A stretch of 63,803 nucleotides of DNA, filler included, from Parasitella parasitica NRRL 2501 (GCA_025201805.1; 14 parts of 14 records of this genome joined end to end with filler, not necessarily neighbours in it); one strand, 5' to 3'. Shown: positions 9,380 to 22,500, numbered from the whole stretch's first letter. A program made the numbers and translations. Notes: a model not told the origin generated them from the letters alone.

Positions 9380-12025
9380 GTTTTATTTGAATAATTTCTC
9401 ATTCTGATAAATCATACACTCTTCATCCATGTCCCGCCATGCTGATATCGCTCCATTTGCCCAGTGGTTGCGTACTTATTTTACAAACTGTCATCCTGAA
9501 GGCCTTCCAACGTTCCCTCGGAGTAATACATGCATTGATTACATTTTTGGTCATTGTTCACTTGCTCCTTGGTTGGCCAACAGTCAGTTGTTGTATATGC
9601 CTAGTAGGTGGACCGATCACTGTCTTTTGACTGTTGATTTACTTCCTGCTAGTGCTAGCATTGGTCCTGGTAGTTGGCGGTTCAACCCTACACTACTTGA
9701 AGATGAAAGATTTATTGCGTTGTTAAATGCCACAGTGTCATTGTTCTTCTCCGATACTGCTGATAGTGGGTCTAGGGGTAGTGGGTCTAAGGGTGTAAAT
9801 ACTAGTCATGGTGGTAGTGGCGACCCTGAAGGCACTGTTGCTAGATGGGAATCCTTCAAGTTGTTGCTCAAGTGCTGTGCACAAAAGTACACTCGAGGCA
9901 TGAAGTCGCGGTTCAAGAACAAAGTCTTTACCTTACAACTGGAACGTATTCGGGCTCTCTCATCTAATTCTGTATCGGGTGTTCAGACTGGTGATGCTTC
10001 AATAGTAGGTCAAGCTGAAAGAGTGTCTCCTGCTTCAGGTGATTCTGAGCAGGTCAGGCAGCTTGAAGTTTTGATTGAGAATCAGATACAGAAAGAGACT
10101 AGTCAGAATATGCTTCGCTCTGCTACTCGTTGGCATGAACAGGGTGAGCGTAATAACAAGTATTTCTACCGTGTGATCAAGAAACGGCAGTCTCAACAGA
10201 CTATCCAATCCTTAAAGTGCTCTACTACTGGGGATATCTTGGTGGATGCAGCAGCTATCAACAGGGAGGCTCAAGGTTTCTACCAAAAGCTATACACTCC
10301 TGATGCTGTGGATGCTGAAGCCATCGATACTCTCCTAGGGAATATTCCTCCTGAAGTGAGTCTATCATCTTCGGATGGGGATAAGCTGACGGAGATGCCA
10401 AGTCGTGATGTTGTCTACCTTTTGCTCGCTCACTCTCCCAAGTCTAAAAGTCCTGGTCTTGATGGTCTACCTTTTGAATTGTATCAATATCTTGCTGGTG
10501 TCTCTTCTGCTTTTCTTGACTTGCTTGTGGATGTGTTGGGCGGTGCCTTTGATGGTGTGTTTCCTCCGTCGTGGCAGCAAACTAGAATGGTACTCTTGTT
10601 CAAGAAGGGTGACCCGCAGTTGCTGATCAACTGGAGACCTCTGTCCTTTATTAACAGTGATGCCAAGTTATTTACAAAGCTCATTGCTAATCGTATGAAC
10701 AAGGTCTTGCCAAAGTTGATCAATCCTTATCAAACTGGGTTTCTTCCTCATCGTCTGATCTCTGATAATGGCTGGCTAAATCAATTGCTGATGTCTCACT
10801 TACGTACTGTCGCTCCAGATTTGCCTCAAGTTGCTGTCTTATTAGATCAAGAAAAGGCTTATGACCGCGTTCACCCCGAGTATCTTCGTCTTGTTTTGCT
10901 GCGGTTTGGTTTCCCTGCTATTTTGGTATCTTGCTTGTCGTCTTTGTTCTTTGGAACAAAGATTAATGTTTCTATCAATGGTTGGCTTGGTGCTCCTGTT
11001 CCTCAGTTGAGAGGTCTTCGTCCGGGTGATCCATTGTCTCCATTACTGTTCAATTTGGCGTTTGAGCCACTTCTTCGTTCTCTGCTTGCTTGTCCTGGTC
11101 TCTCTGGTGTCACCCTCTCGCCTGTCAGTATCCCACAGAAATGGAAGCCTTCACCGGTGGAAGTTCGTGTGGATCTTGGTGATGGTTCCTGCAATCGACA
11201 ATTGGACTATGTTAGTCGTACTGGTGCTCCGTCTCCTGTCAAGATTCTAAGCTATGCTGATGATCTGGAAGTGTTCTTGTCGTCCCCAGATGAGTGGCCA
11301 GTCTTGTTGTCTCTATTGGATCTATATAGTCGAGCGTCTAACGCGAAGGTCAATCTTAGCAAGACTGTGCTGGTGTCTCTTTCTGGTAGGCCGCATTCTG
11401 CTTATGTTGCTTTGGCGCATGCTGCTGGTATCCAGTGGCATGATGCTCTCTCAAGTGATGCGGTCCGATACTTGGGTTATCCCTTGTATCATACTGATAG
11501 TCAACTGAGTGATTTTCTAACTGACTTATTGGTAAAAGTCCAAAGGCACAGTAACTTGTTGAAGCAAAGAAATCTCTCCATTCGGGGAGCTGGACTTGTG
11601 GCTAACTCGTTGCTGTTGTCCAAGGTCTATCATGTGTTGCGTGTTGTTCCTGGTGGCCCTGCTACTGAGTCGTGGGTGATGGCTCTCAAGAAAGTAGTTA
11701 GGGAGTATTTGGTGTCGTTTCGTCCTGGTGTTGCTTGGTCGACCTTGTGTCTTCCTCGCAAGTTTGGTGGTGTTGGTTTGGTGGATATAGCAGATCAGAG
11801 CTTGGCTCTGCATCTTATCTATTTGCAACGCTTGTTGCGTCCACCTTCTCATTCTAATTTTGTCACTGCTTGGTTGGTTTACGCCTTCCAAGTATACACT
11901 GGTCATAAATCTGTCTTGCCTTGGTTCTCTTTTCCAGACAAGTTCAAATTTCGTGTATCTTCTGTGCCTGTCCTTAAACATCTTAGCAATCTTCTCCTGA
12001 TAAAACTACCCAAGCTAGTTCCTTC
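9380..12025 (+). mobile_element. Non-LTR retrotransposon ORF2 (L1/Tx1-like, APE endonuclease + RT), truncated
   Basis: Motifs IDYIF, TDH, WRFN, GERNNKYF, PGLDGL, NWRPLS, DQEKAYD, GLRPGDPLSP (the Q of QGD is replaced by P), YADD, RYLG and GGVG. The 3' end is replaced by an LTR-like insert at 12026. Confidence 0.95.
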
Positions 12026-12810
12026 TGTGAAATACATTCACCATGATGATCTGCATTCCACTTCTAGATTCATCCAGTTACCTTAAATTGATATAAACTA
12101 CATATGCGCACAGATAATAAGATGTGCAATACAGATTTATACTATATAAGATATAAGCTAGAGATGGCACCATTAAGATGGATGACGCTATAGACTGATA
12201 CTTATATCTCGACACGAGCCTTAGACATTTACTAGATTTAGTATATGCTACGAGCTTATGCTATATAAGATCTATGCTTCAGATGCGTATTCCCAGTTTC
12301 TAGATACGCACTACAAGACATATACTTATATCCATAATACTAGCTACAGATACATCATGTACTACAGACTTGTACAATATGTGCAATGCTATAGATATGC
12401 TTATGACATGCTATAGACGTGCTACATATACCGATATATGCTAAGATGAATACAAAGTGATATACACTCAGACATGTACTATTAATATAGACTGGATAAG
12501 ACTATACAAGGAATGATATACGCTTATGGATCGATATTAATAATCTTCGCATAGAAGATTGATCAGGGTACTACCTCGGGTAAAGTCTATCTCCTCACTC
12601 AAATAGATTTAAGTTATCTTGAGTCTGCTGATATGTAGGTTAGCACAAAGTTAAGATGCTAGTTACGCAGTATTGTCGTACATGTTAAATTGCGAGAATA
12701 GAACATTTATCCACAGTTTAAGTATATAAAGGTTCATCTACCTGGCCAGTAGATGAACCAGAGCTTTATACACCTGTCGATTTGATAATAAAACCTATAC
12801 CTTATCAAGT
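12026..12810 (+). mobile_element. LTR-like sequence; second near-identical partial copy at 13739-13964
   Basis: Starts TGTGAAATAC. TATATAAAG at ~12723 and AATAAA at ~12787. The first ~225 bp recur at 13739. The 3' boundary is uncertain. Confidence 0.65.
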
Positions 12811-12815
12811 TGACT

Positions 12816-13135
12816 TTATTGTTTTTTTATTATAATTTTTTTCCGTGAATCCATATAGCAATTTATACCGATTCCACAAGTAGTACGCAAATGTCCTTCT
12901 CGTCCACAATGGCGACATATGACAGGAGTCGTATTCGTTGAGTTGGTAGCATTATTGAGGTAAGCATCCAAATTAAAAGGGTTCCTACCACAATTCCAAT
13001 GAGTGGACCTGATATGCCCCTCTCTACCACACAAAGGACAAGTGACAATCAATGGGGTATTTATTGAGTTCATGGCACACTCTCTGTGAGTGATTCGGCT
13101 ATGGCCCTGTCTTCCACAAAATAAACAGACAATGA
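12816..13135 (-). pseudogene. Tandem CxxCGxxGH zinc-knuckle repeats (probably TE-associated fragment)
   Basis: CPLCGREGHIRSTHWNC and CRHCGREGHLRTT. A third repeat (CLFCGRQGH) lies just upstream on the minus strand. Confidence 0.55.
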
Positions 13136-13157
13136 CTAATCAACAGTGAAATTATAT

Positions 13158-13280
13158 CACTATGGCGTCCTGGATGTTCTCGGTGAACATAAATATGCTC
13201 AAATGGGAACATTTTTAGGGTCATGGGAGCATTAATGTGCTTGCGAGACCATAAATAATTTTGGCCCAAATGTAAAAAAA
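13158..13280. mobile_element. CACTA-like terminus
   Basis: CACTATGGCGTCCTGGATGTTCTCGGTGAACATAAAT... is close to the reverse complement of 31050-31167. Confidence 0.7.
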
Positions 13281-14066
13281 GTTGAGATGGCTCATTTTTT
13301 AATTATATAATATAACTCCTGAGACATTTCAATTTTTTTTGTGCTTGTAGTAACATTTGCTACCAAATATTTGTTGAGATATTGCAAAGATCGCATCTGT
13401 TTTGAGTAAAAAAAGTTTATTTATGCTCGCACGATCATACTAATGTTCATTTGAGAGCAAAAAGTGACGAAGAAGTACCTACTTTTAACCAAAGTGTTGT
13501 TGAAGATGATAAAAAAAAAGCCGCTGGTAATAATAATGCTAGCACCAGTAGCAATACACTTGAATAAAATATATTTTTGTTTGCACATGCCTTGCTTTCA
13601 AATGTTGAGACGACCTTGTAGCTGTGCTTTTCTATTGGCTTTTTACTGCATGCTTAGCGCAAACATTGCATATTGTGATGACCGAATGCATATTTTAGCT
13701 TCTTTGTTAGCTTTTCCTTGGTCTTTTTCTTTTGTTTTTGTGAAATACATTCACCATGATGATCTGCATTCCACTTCTAGATTCATCCAGTTACCTTAAA
13801 TTGATATAAACTACATATGCGCACAGATAATAAGATGTGCAATACAGATTTATACTATATAAGATATAAGCTAGAGACGGCACCATTAGGATGGATGACG
13901 CTATAGACTGATACTTATATCTTGACACAAGCCTTAGACATTTACTAGATTTAGTATATGCTACNNNNNNNNNNNNNNNNNNNNNNNNNNNNNNNNNNNN
14001 NNNNNNNNTTAATTAATTAANNNNNNNNNNNNNNNNNNNNNNNNNNNNNNNNNNNNNNNNNNNNTA

Positions 14067-14547
14067 CAGTAGTCGCTCGATTTAAGGCTACTTTTTTTGC
14101 AAGCTTTTTTTAGCCTTATATCGAACATAGCCTTATATCGTGCATGTGACTATTACTTTTAAAACAGTCACATGTATAGTTGATACCGTACTACAGCTAT
14201 TAGATTAATTTGACACACGTCCAGTCTAATCCATTTACTTCTTTATTTTTAAAAAAGCATATTTTGGCAAACAATTATACTATGAGCATTAATCAACAAT
14301 CAAGAGAGCGTCTCACTATCGAGCCAAAGTACGAAATCTGTATGCATAATGCTCAGTTTCCAACACAACCCAAATTTAAATACCGTCAATTTACTGTAAA
14401 ATAAGGCTAAAATTTCGAAAATTTTCAGCCTTATATCGAATAAGGCTAATAAGGCTAACTCCCTGCTTAAAAAAAAATTCATAAAGAATTGTAGCCTTAC
14501 ATCGTGAATAGCCTTATATCGAACAGCCTTAAATCGAGCGGCTACTG
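14067..14547. mobile_element. MITE (Tc1/pogo-type) with TA TSD, inserted in a Fanzor gene
   Basis: TA|CAGTAGTCGCTCGATTTAAGGCT ... AGCCTTAAATCGAGCGGCTACTG|TA, with internal AGCCTTATATCG repeats. Confidence 0.92.
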
Positions 14548-15934
14548 TATAGTATTCGATTGAGGACAAGCGACGTATGTCAGTACCACCATGATAAGAG
14601 ACGAAAGGATCCCGTCTTCCCGGGTCTACAGTGCATGGACGGAAATGCTTGTTCACCTCTTCGCTTGAAAAATCATCTAACTCTAGACAGATATTGTCTT
14701 CTGGAGATGATGGAAGCACTCTTCTAGCAAATAGAACTCTGCACGTATAGCCATCAGTGTACAATCCGTTAAGAAACATTCTTCCTTTTTCTTCAGGCAA
14801 TGCTAGAAGCTTTTCACAACTATATTTTTTTTTTATCAGCAGCTTGATTCATAGATATGTGTATTAGCAGTATGTACCTTTGAATACCCAGCTTTTTGAA
14901 AGCAAAAGCTTGATAGAAGCACCTTTGTTGATGATCAAAAGAGGATTCATTGGCTTGCTTCTTTTGCTTGGCCTCTCGAAAAATTCCGGTCAGGTTCTGG
15001 GCATCAATCTTTATGAACCGCCAGTGCAATGAGGGATTTGGGAATAAACTAAAACGTCTTGGAAGCGGGGGCTTCGTTGAGTCGGCCTTGTCCTTTTGAG
15101 CAGCTTGGGTCCTGTATATATCATCGTATTTGTTGAGAATATACCGTAATGCCGGTAAAATTTTGAAGGGTTCATTGTTTAAGCTTTCTTTAGTCAGTGG
15201 AAGCGTGGACATGCGATTTTTGACCTCTAAAATCAAAGGATTTAAGAAACTTGTAAGATTACTGGCCACATCCGGATCAAATAGGGCAAGAATATCAACG
15301 GATACAGATGAAGGTTGGGAATGTGTAAGCACTTGATCGTATACGTGATTATATACCAAATTCTTGATACAGCCGATCTTCGCATCATAATTTATGTAAT
15401 TTTAGTATAACAATTTGAGAAATTGAACATGTATATTGAAGTGCTTGTTATTATATATCGTTACTTACGGGGTACTCTGTCTTCAGTGTATATATGAAGT
15501 AGTTACATATGATGTTTTCAAAGTTTTCAATATAGTAGTTGTTGTATGTTGTTGCGACAGTCTCGCATGCAGTTGAAAAAGATTGTCCATAATTCTTTAA
15601 TCCATTTTCTGAAACAAACAAGCTACCATTTGTAGTAGCAGACAAGTTAACAAAAGAGCTCGCAAGTTGATCCACATCTAGGTTCTGGCCTGCAGGTCGT
15701 TCCTTTTTCGTATCTTTGTAAGCCTGCAGAGTTGGCTTTACTTTATCTGAGCTGCCCCTAATAACTCTTGAAATAGTATACCAAAAATTTTGATCAAAGA
15801 AGTCATTCGTCAGCTTGGTTGGATGTTGCAGAATAAAATGATTTACAAATAGTTGAGCTTTGAACAAGACTTCACGGACAAAGCTTGATATGTCCTTGAC
15901 TTTTTTTAAAGCATTGGCTTTGTTTGGAGTATCA
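14548..15934 (-). pseudogene. Fanzor1 (eukaryotic TnpB, RNA-guided RuvC nuclease), N-terminal to RuvC-I part, with introns
   Basis: FKAQLFVNHFIL, RFSLFP..HWRFIKID, LYTDGYTCRVLF and RuvC-I-like TVDPGRRD, then RLSSIEYY. GT-AG introns start near 15468 and 14878. Interrupted by a MITE; the start is lost in a gap. Confidence 0.8.
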
Positions 15935-16359
15935 NNNNNNNNNNNNNNNNNNNNNNNNNNNNNNNNNNNNNNNNNNNNTTAATTAATTAANNNNNNNNNN
16001 NNNNNNNNNNNNNNNNNNNNNNNNNNNNNNNNNNTTTGTCTTCTTTGTGCGGTGCCTCGGTGGTAAGTCATATCAAAGTTCCCAGCCGTTGGCCATCCCT
16101 CAAGATCAAACCAATATCCCGGTATTCATGCCGCTCATTTGCTACTACCACACTTTCTTTTTTCCCCTTTTTATCTTTCGTTAGTGCACTGATAAGGGTT
16201 TTTGCAACTGTTTCTTTTAATTTTCTGGAATTCTAGGCTTATGCTCATATCGAGTGCCCATTGAATTCATGTAATATATTAATAAAAACAACCATTAAAC
16301 TGAGCTAGCCCGGCAACCAATTTTTTACCTAATTTGGAACATCCACTTTTTGTAAGAAA

Positions 16360-17658
16360 TTGTATAACACTTCATCCATCCATCTTGATAAAAGCTTCAT
16401 CATTGCATCCTTCGAGAAAATTAACTCATCTACCTCGTTGCCTTCAGATTCTCATCTTTCTGGCTTGAAACGGCCTATTTCGTCTCGATCTCCACCTTTA
16501 TTTGCGTTTGATCTCGTACAACAAATAAAGTCCAAAAGATCCTCAACAACATTTGGAGATCCCAAGCCCGCTCCTCCTGCCCGAATGAATCCATCAACAC
16601 CAGATATGATTGATTTCGGTGTCACTGCCCTCCCGTCTGCCTCTTCTGAGGGCGACTTGAACATTGCGTCCTTCGTTCTCGAAGTTCGCAATCGTTTGAG
16701 TCGTCTAGAGTCTGCTCATGCTGAGATCGCTCGGCTAAGAGCAGCTTTAGCAGAATCAGAGTCTGCTCGTCAGGCTCTTGAAGCTCAAATTTCTCGTCTG
16801 TCTGCTCCTTCTGCTGCACCAGCTCCACCAAAAGCCGCCTCTTTTGCTACTGTTGTTGCTGCTGCTGCTGCTCCTACCTCTGTTTCTGTCCCTGCTCTTT
16901 CTGTTCCTGCTGCTGTTGCTGGCAAAAAGAGAAAAGCGAAATCTGCTGCTCCTCCGCCCTCCATCAAAAAGGCTGCTGCCACTGTAAGTCGTTTGTTTGG
17001 CCCGCACTCTGATATGCCATCGGAATATCAGTTTGTCTATATGGGTATTGCCCGTCGTCGCCCTCTTCAGGAGATCCGTCGCACTTTACAAGGTATCAAG
17101 ATCAACAATTCCCGTGTTCTTGATATCCAGTACCCTATCCCACATGTTGTCTCCTTTCTCGTACACCAAGATTATGTATACACTTTCACCAGTGCAATGC
17201 ATTTGAAAGGTCGTGGCTGCTCTCCTCTTCTTGACTTTGATCCTTGTGATCCCAAAAATCTTTTGGATCCAAAGTATGACTCTCTCTCTCCCTCTCTTCG
17301 TGCCGAAAAAGCATTAGAGATTGAAAATCTTCGTTGTCTCCGTGCGCTGTCGTTTGTCCGTCGCTCTGTTCGTCTTTCTGTTGCTCGTTCTTTCCTCCAC
17401 TATGAAAGAATCACCCAAAAACAATTCGATGCGATTGTAGCAGAAGAATCGTCTTTGCGTGCTGCCGCTGCTCCTCCTCCTGCTCCATCTGCCACTGCTG
17501 TTCAAGATCGCTTGGCCAAGAAACAACGCCTCAGCTATCTGCGCAACCTGCTGTACTTTGATTCAGCCACTGCCAAATCTTTGGCATATACTGAATCCCC
17601 TGCTCTCTCTCCTTCTGCTGTTACTGACACAGAAATGCCAGAAATCTCTGGTGTTTGA
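16360..17658 (+). CDS. LINE ORF1 (gag-like; coiled coil + RRM-like domain), likely ATG at 16585
   Basis: Coiled coil, SFATVV, then YQFVYM..RR..EIRRTL..IKINNSRVLDIQYP...FLVHQDY, which resembles Mucorales LINE ORF1. Followed by a pyrimidine-rich spacer. Confidence 0.75.
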   Translation: MYNTSSIHLDKSFIIASFEKINSSTSLPSDSHLSGLKRPISSRSPPLFAFDLVQQIKSKRSSTTFGDPKPAPPARMNPSTPDMIDFGVTALPSASSEGDLNIASFVLEVRNRLSRLESAHAEIARLRAALAESESARQALEAQISRLSAPSAAPAPPKAASFATVVAAAAAPTSVSVPALSVPAAVAGKKRKAKSAAPPPSIKKAAATVSRLFGPHSDMPSEYQFVYMGIARRRPLQEIRRTLQGIKINNSRVLDIQYPIPHVVSFLVHQDYVYTFTSAMHLKGRGCSPLLDFDPCDPKNLLDPKYDSLSPSLRAEKALEIENLRCLRALSFVRRSVRLSVARSFLHYERITQKQFDAIVAEESSLRAAAAPPPAPSATAVQDRLAKKQRLSYLRNLLYFDSATAKSLAYTESPALSPSAVTDTEMPEISGV

Positions 17659-18193
17659 TTGTACCGTCCAAGTGTAGTTTGATCCGTTGCTCCTCTGTTT
17701 CTACCTGCTGCTGTCTCATCCATTACTCTTGTCTCGTTCGTCTTTTCTTTCTTTTCTTTTGTTTCTCTTTCTTTGGTCTCTGTTCTCCGTCCTTTTGTTA
17801 CATTTCGTATGTAATAATCTGTCTGTCTCTCCTTTTTTCTTGTTTTTTTGTGCTTTCCCTGGTTGCGTCTGGTAGTTTTGTTTGTGCTGCTGTATGCCAG
17901 TCGAGGTCTCCTCTATTGCACTGTGATCATACACGACAACTTCTCTATCAGCCCTCCTTCTTCTTTGTTTCCGTACTCCTTTTTCCTGACATTACAACTT
18001 TTTGCAAGATTATTTCTTAATAAGATTGACCACGCTTTTCCTTTTTTGGTATCATGCCGACGGTACCTGATCGGATTAGTATCTTATTTTTTTNNNNNNN
18101 NNNNNNNNNNNNNNNNNNNNNNNNNNNNNNNNNNNNNTTAATTAATTAANNNNNNNNNNNNNNNNNNNNNNNNNNNNNNNNNNNNNNNNNNNN

Positions 18194-18400
18194 CCACCTT
18201 TGCATATTTCGATTTTTCCACCTTTGCATATTTGCATTTTTCCATATTTCCATTAATCGTGCGCGAATTGCAAAACTGCAAATGTTGGAACATGCAAAAG
18301 TGGAAAAATCGAAATATGCAAAGGTGGAAAAATTGAAATATGCAATGCTGGAAAAATTGAAATATGCAGAAATGGAAATATAGAAAACTGTGAAAATGCA
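18194..18400. repeat. Inverted array of 24-bp units GCAAAGGTGGAAAAATYGAAATAT
   Basis: Reverse-orientation units at 18194-18250 face forward units at ~18294-18380. Confidence 0.8.
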
Positions 18401-19335
18401 AAAGGTAAGAAGCTGGAAAGCTTGATATGTGGAAAAAGTAGCATTTCGTTTTCGTTTTACCTTATTTATTCTTTAATCAAGAGGCATAGTAAGAATTAAG
18501 GTTTCTAATGAAATATTCTTCAAAAAGGAAATTTATAGTATGTATCTTGATTGTAGCGACTGTATTGCCTTTTCTCATGATATGATAATCTGATATTGAG
18601 TTGTATAGAGAGCATGACTGCAATAATTTATAAACCAGCATGTTATACACACCATATACATAGGGACATCAAGCTAGATCAAACTAGATTGGTTCTTACG
18701 CCGCTTGATGCATGTTGTCTTATACTATGCAGATGTCTCCAAATTTTCAATATTATTATGCAAGCTTTTTATACATATTTAAGAATAATGCTTACAGTAT
18801 TATCATTAAATAATTTAGCCCTTGAATTCGTTATACCCTGTCATTTTAATAAGAGCATATTCTTCGCTTTTATGGTTTTGTGCTTTTGTGCTTTTGTGCT
18901 TTTACGCTTTTACACCTTTATACTGTATCATTAGTATTTTACCATCTTTTACGTTTTCTTTTACAAGAACGCAAAGCATAGGTGAATCCAGATTCTCGAA
19001 CTCATAATTCTCTTTCAATATGTGCTTGTATACGTTTTGCAGACGTCCTGTGAATAGGTCTTCAACTCTTTTATCATATCAAGAGGGCAACACATGAATA
19101 CGTCTAATAATGTTGTCTAGTCTCCTTATAACTACATTTTAATTCTAAATGCAAATTCAAGGCAGGTGAATGCAAAAAAAAAAAAAAAATTGCAGCTCAA
19201 AGTATGCCTCAATATGAAAATGGCGTATTTCATACAAGAAATACCTTTATGCATGTGGCATCATTTCGTATAAAGATCTTCAAATCTCATATCTTACGGT
19301 TATTTTTCAATTTATCTTTGCAAATATCTATAAAC

Positions 19336-19628
19336 ATGTCATCTATCTCTTCTTATAATACTATTTACGGTAGCCTTATAAAAAAAAATCATCTTACTGA
19401 CATGGCATTTTCTTACTTTATGGGCCTTGAAGACAATCTTACCGCTACTGACCTCTTTTCCGATGTGAAGAAGCTAAGCATTATCGTCAAGCCTTCTTCT
19501 TCGACAATCCAAATGTCAGCTGAAGATATCTTGGTAGAGAAATATGTTTCTGTTCTCTTCCCTTCTCACCTGACAGTACGAAAATGGTCTCGGGAGCAAG
19601 TGCGGGACCTTTTCCGAATGCATTTCGT
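19336..19628 (+). CDS. Hypothetical ORF truncated by gap
   Basis: Open frame from MSSISSY into the N-run; no recognisable motif. Confidence 0.3.
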
Positions 19629-21793
19629 NNNNNNNNNNNNNNNNNNNNNNNNNNNNNNNNNNNNNNNNNNNNNNNNNNNNNNNNNNNNNNNNNNNNNNNN
19701 NNNNNNNNNNNNNNNNNNNNNNNNNNNNNNNNNNNNNNNNNNNNNNNNNNNNNNNNNNNNNNNNNNNNNNNNNNNNNNNNNNNNNNNNNNNNNNNNNNNN
19801 NNNNNNNNNNNNNNNNNNNNNNNNNNNNNNNNNNNNNNNNNNNNNNNNNNNNNNNNNNNNNNNNNNNNNNNNNNNNNNNNNNNNNNNNNNNNNNNNNNNN
19901 NNNNNNNNNNNNNNNNNNNNNNNNNNNNNNNNNNNNNNNNNNNNNNNNNNNNNNNNNNNNNNNNNNNNNNNNNNNNNNNNNNNNNNNNNNNNNNNNNNNN
20001 NNNNNNNNNNNNNNNNNNNNNNNNNNNNNNNNNNNNNNNNNNNNNNNNNNNNNNNNNNNNNNNNNNNNNNNNNNNNNNNNNNNNNNNNNNNNNNNNNNNN
20101 NNNNNNNNNNNNNNNNNNNNNNNNNNNNNNNNNNNNNNNNNNNNNNNNNNNNNNNNNNNNNNNNNNNNNNNNNNNNNNNNNNNNNNNNNNNNNNNNNNNN
20201 NNNNNNNNNNNNNNNNNNNNNNNNNNNNNNNNNNNNNNNNNNNNNNNNNNNNNNNNNNNNNNNNNNNNNNNNNNNNNNNNNNNNNNNNNNNNNNNNNNNN
20301 NNNNNNNNNNNNNNNNNNNNNNNNNNNNNNNNNNNNNNNNNNNNNNNNNNNNNNNNNNNNNNNNNNNNNNNNNNNNNNNNNNNNNNNNNNNNNNNNNNNN
20401 NNNNNNNNNNNNNNNNNNNNNNNNNNNNNNNNNNNNNNNNNNNNNNNNNNNNNNNNNNNNNNNNNNNNNNNNNNNNNNNNNNNNNNNNNNNNNNNNNNNN
20501 NNNTTTTTTTGATATATGAATATTTATATGATGATTTTATATATTTATGATATTTGTTTAATAAATCCAAGATGATGAGTCTATGATATATATTATACAA
20601 TGTATGAGTAAGTTGCATGAAAATAAAAATTAACTCTTGGCAGGAAAAGCTTGAAATGCTGCTAACCAGCCTTTAAAATGGCATTTTCTTTAATCCACAT
20701 TGCCTATATTTGATAAAGTATATCCTTTGGTTTTTCTAACACCTTCATAAAACGAAACTGACCAAGTAATTAATACGTGGAAAATATAAAAAGTAAAATA
20801 TAGATGTCGTACGTTTTGGATTGATAAAGTATAACAATAAAAATATTACATACATGTCATAATGAAGGAGAGATTGAATCCATTAATACAAAATTGATGC
20901 TTTTAAACAGGTCATTAAACAGGCCATCAAAGACATTTCTTTAATGCCTTGGAAAGAATATTTTATCATATGCACCTGAAGGTCTTCTAGATTAAAAAAG
21001 TATAGTGTGTTTATGTGTGATTATATAGAAGTTTCCTCTTTCAAGCAAATAACGTTTCAACTGAAATTATTAGGGGTTTTCTCAAAATCTCTAAATCTAT
21101 TCCAAATAAATAGGAAAGAAGTCGTTTTTATTTCAATACCTTTTCTAAAAAAGTCTCGACACTTTTCGGCATTTTGTAGATTGTTTTTCTGAATTTTATC
21201 ACGTCTCTTCACCCTTTCTGCACAACAGTCCTCAATAAATTGGAAAAAACTGTATAGCGATGATCATGCCTGTACTTATGGCGCCTAAGACAGTAATTAT
21301 TTTGGTCTTTATCGAAGGTTATCATTGATTATATGCAATTCTGATATGTTAATTTGTGATATCATCTGATAATTTTATAGATATCAATAAAAACATGGAT
21401 ATCAATGTTGTTTCCAGATAGAGGTGAGTCAACGCTAAGTTTTCCAAGTTAGATCTCGGTCCTACGGTTTTGACTTATTCTAAATTGCGAAGCTCAACTT
21501 ATCGATGAATGATCCACATTCATAACGATTAGCTGATTAAATATAGAAATAGGTCTTGCTTTGACTACTACTGTGTTATAATCTTGTTTGACAATTAAAT
21601 GTCAAACATGACCTGATTGTATTTTATAATTTATAGATTGATTTAGATAGATTTATTCTAATATAAATAGACAGCTTCTTGTCAATCAATAAATCAATAG
21701 TTTTGTATCTGGTCAACTAAGTCTTCATTACATTTTTATATTTTTATATCACATACAATCACCTGCTGTGTGCTCATTTTCAAGACCTGGCAC

Positions 21794-22235
21794 TGTTGAG
21801 ATCTGCAAGATCGAAATAAGAAAAGTATAATATAAAACGTTGAATTAACGAGATACGAAAACTTGAGATTACTTTATTAAAGATTCAACTTTGCATCTGC
21901 TATTTATACTTTTTACAACAACATAAATTTTTTGGTGACTTATTTAAAATACTAGTCGATAGTAATCGATAAGAATAATTTGCAAGCAACATCATATCCT
22001 TAACAGGGTACGATATATTATTATACTACAAGGTTATTGATCTTTGATCTGACAGTACCTTATTGTTTGTCAATCATACAGATCTGTGTTACAGATAACC
22101 TTCCTGATTTGAAACAAAGACTTTATTCTCCTGTTTCGACCAGTATAACAACACATCATTGGACAATCTCCAATCTTTAATTGAAGTACACTATCATGAT
22201 CTCCTAACCTACATTATGGCAGATCAGGCACAACA
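21794..22235 (-). mobile_element. Solo LTR
   Basis: TGTTG...CAACA ends, with TATAAATAGCAGATG and AATAAA on the minus strand. Homologous to the copies at 5705 and 31208. Confidence 0.7.
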
Positions 22236-22500
22236 AAATGCCCCAGATCAAAATGTAACCATGAACTTCAACATTTAGCCATCGGCAACAATTATATAAT
22301 CCAAAATAAGAGGCTAAATTTAGATCGACCTTCACCTCAGAACACTTTGAGACTCCAGAATAAACATGCATTCAAAACACCATTTAAAAATACGTATTAC
22401 TTGACTCTTCATAAACATCACGTGAAAATGAGTTGCCTTTTTGAGAAATAGTATATTGTAAGTTTACAAGAGAAAAAATACGCATGTATCAATACATTGT

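Noticed and set aside
12026-12086. Shared C-terminus VKYIHHDDLHSTSRFIQLP in ORFs 9429 and 13464
   Set aside because: It is read-through into the same inserted LTR-like sequence, not a protein motif.
14300-14547. C-terminal half of the 166-aa ORF as Fanzor sequence
   Set aside because: It is translated MITE DNA.
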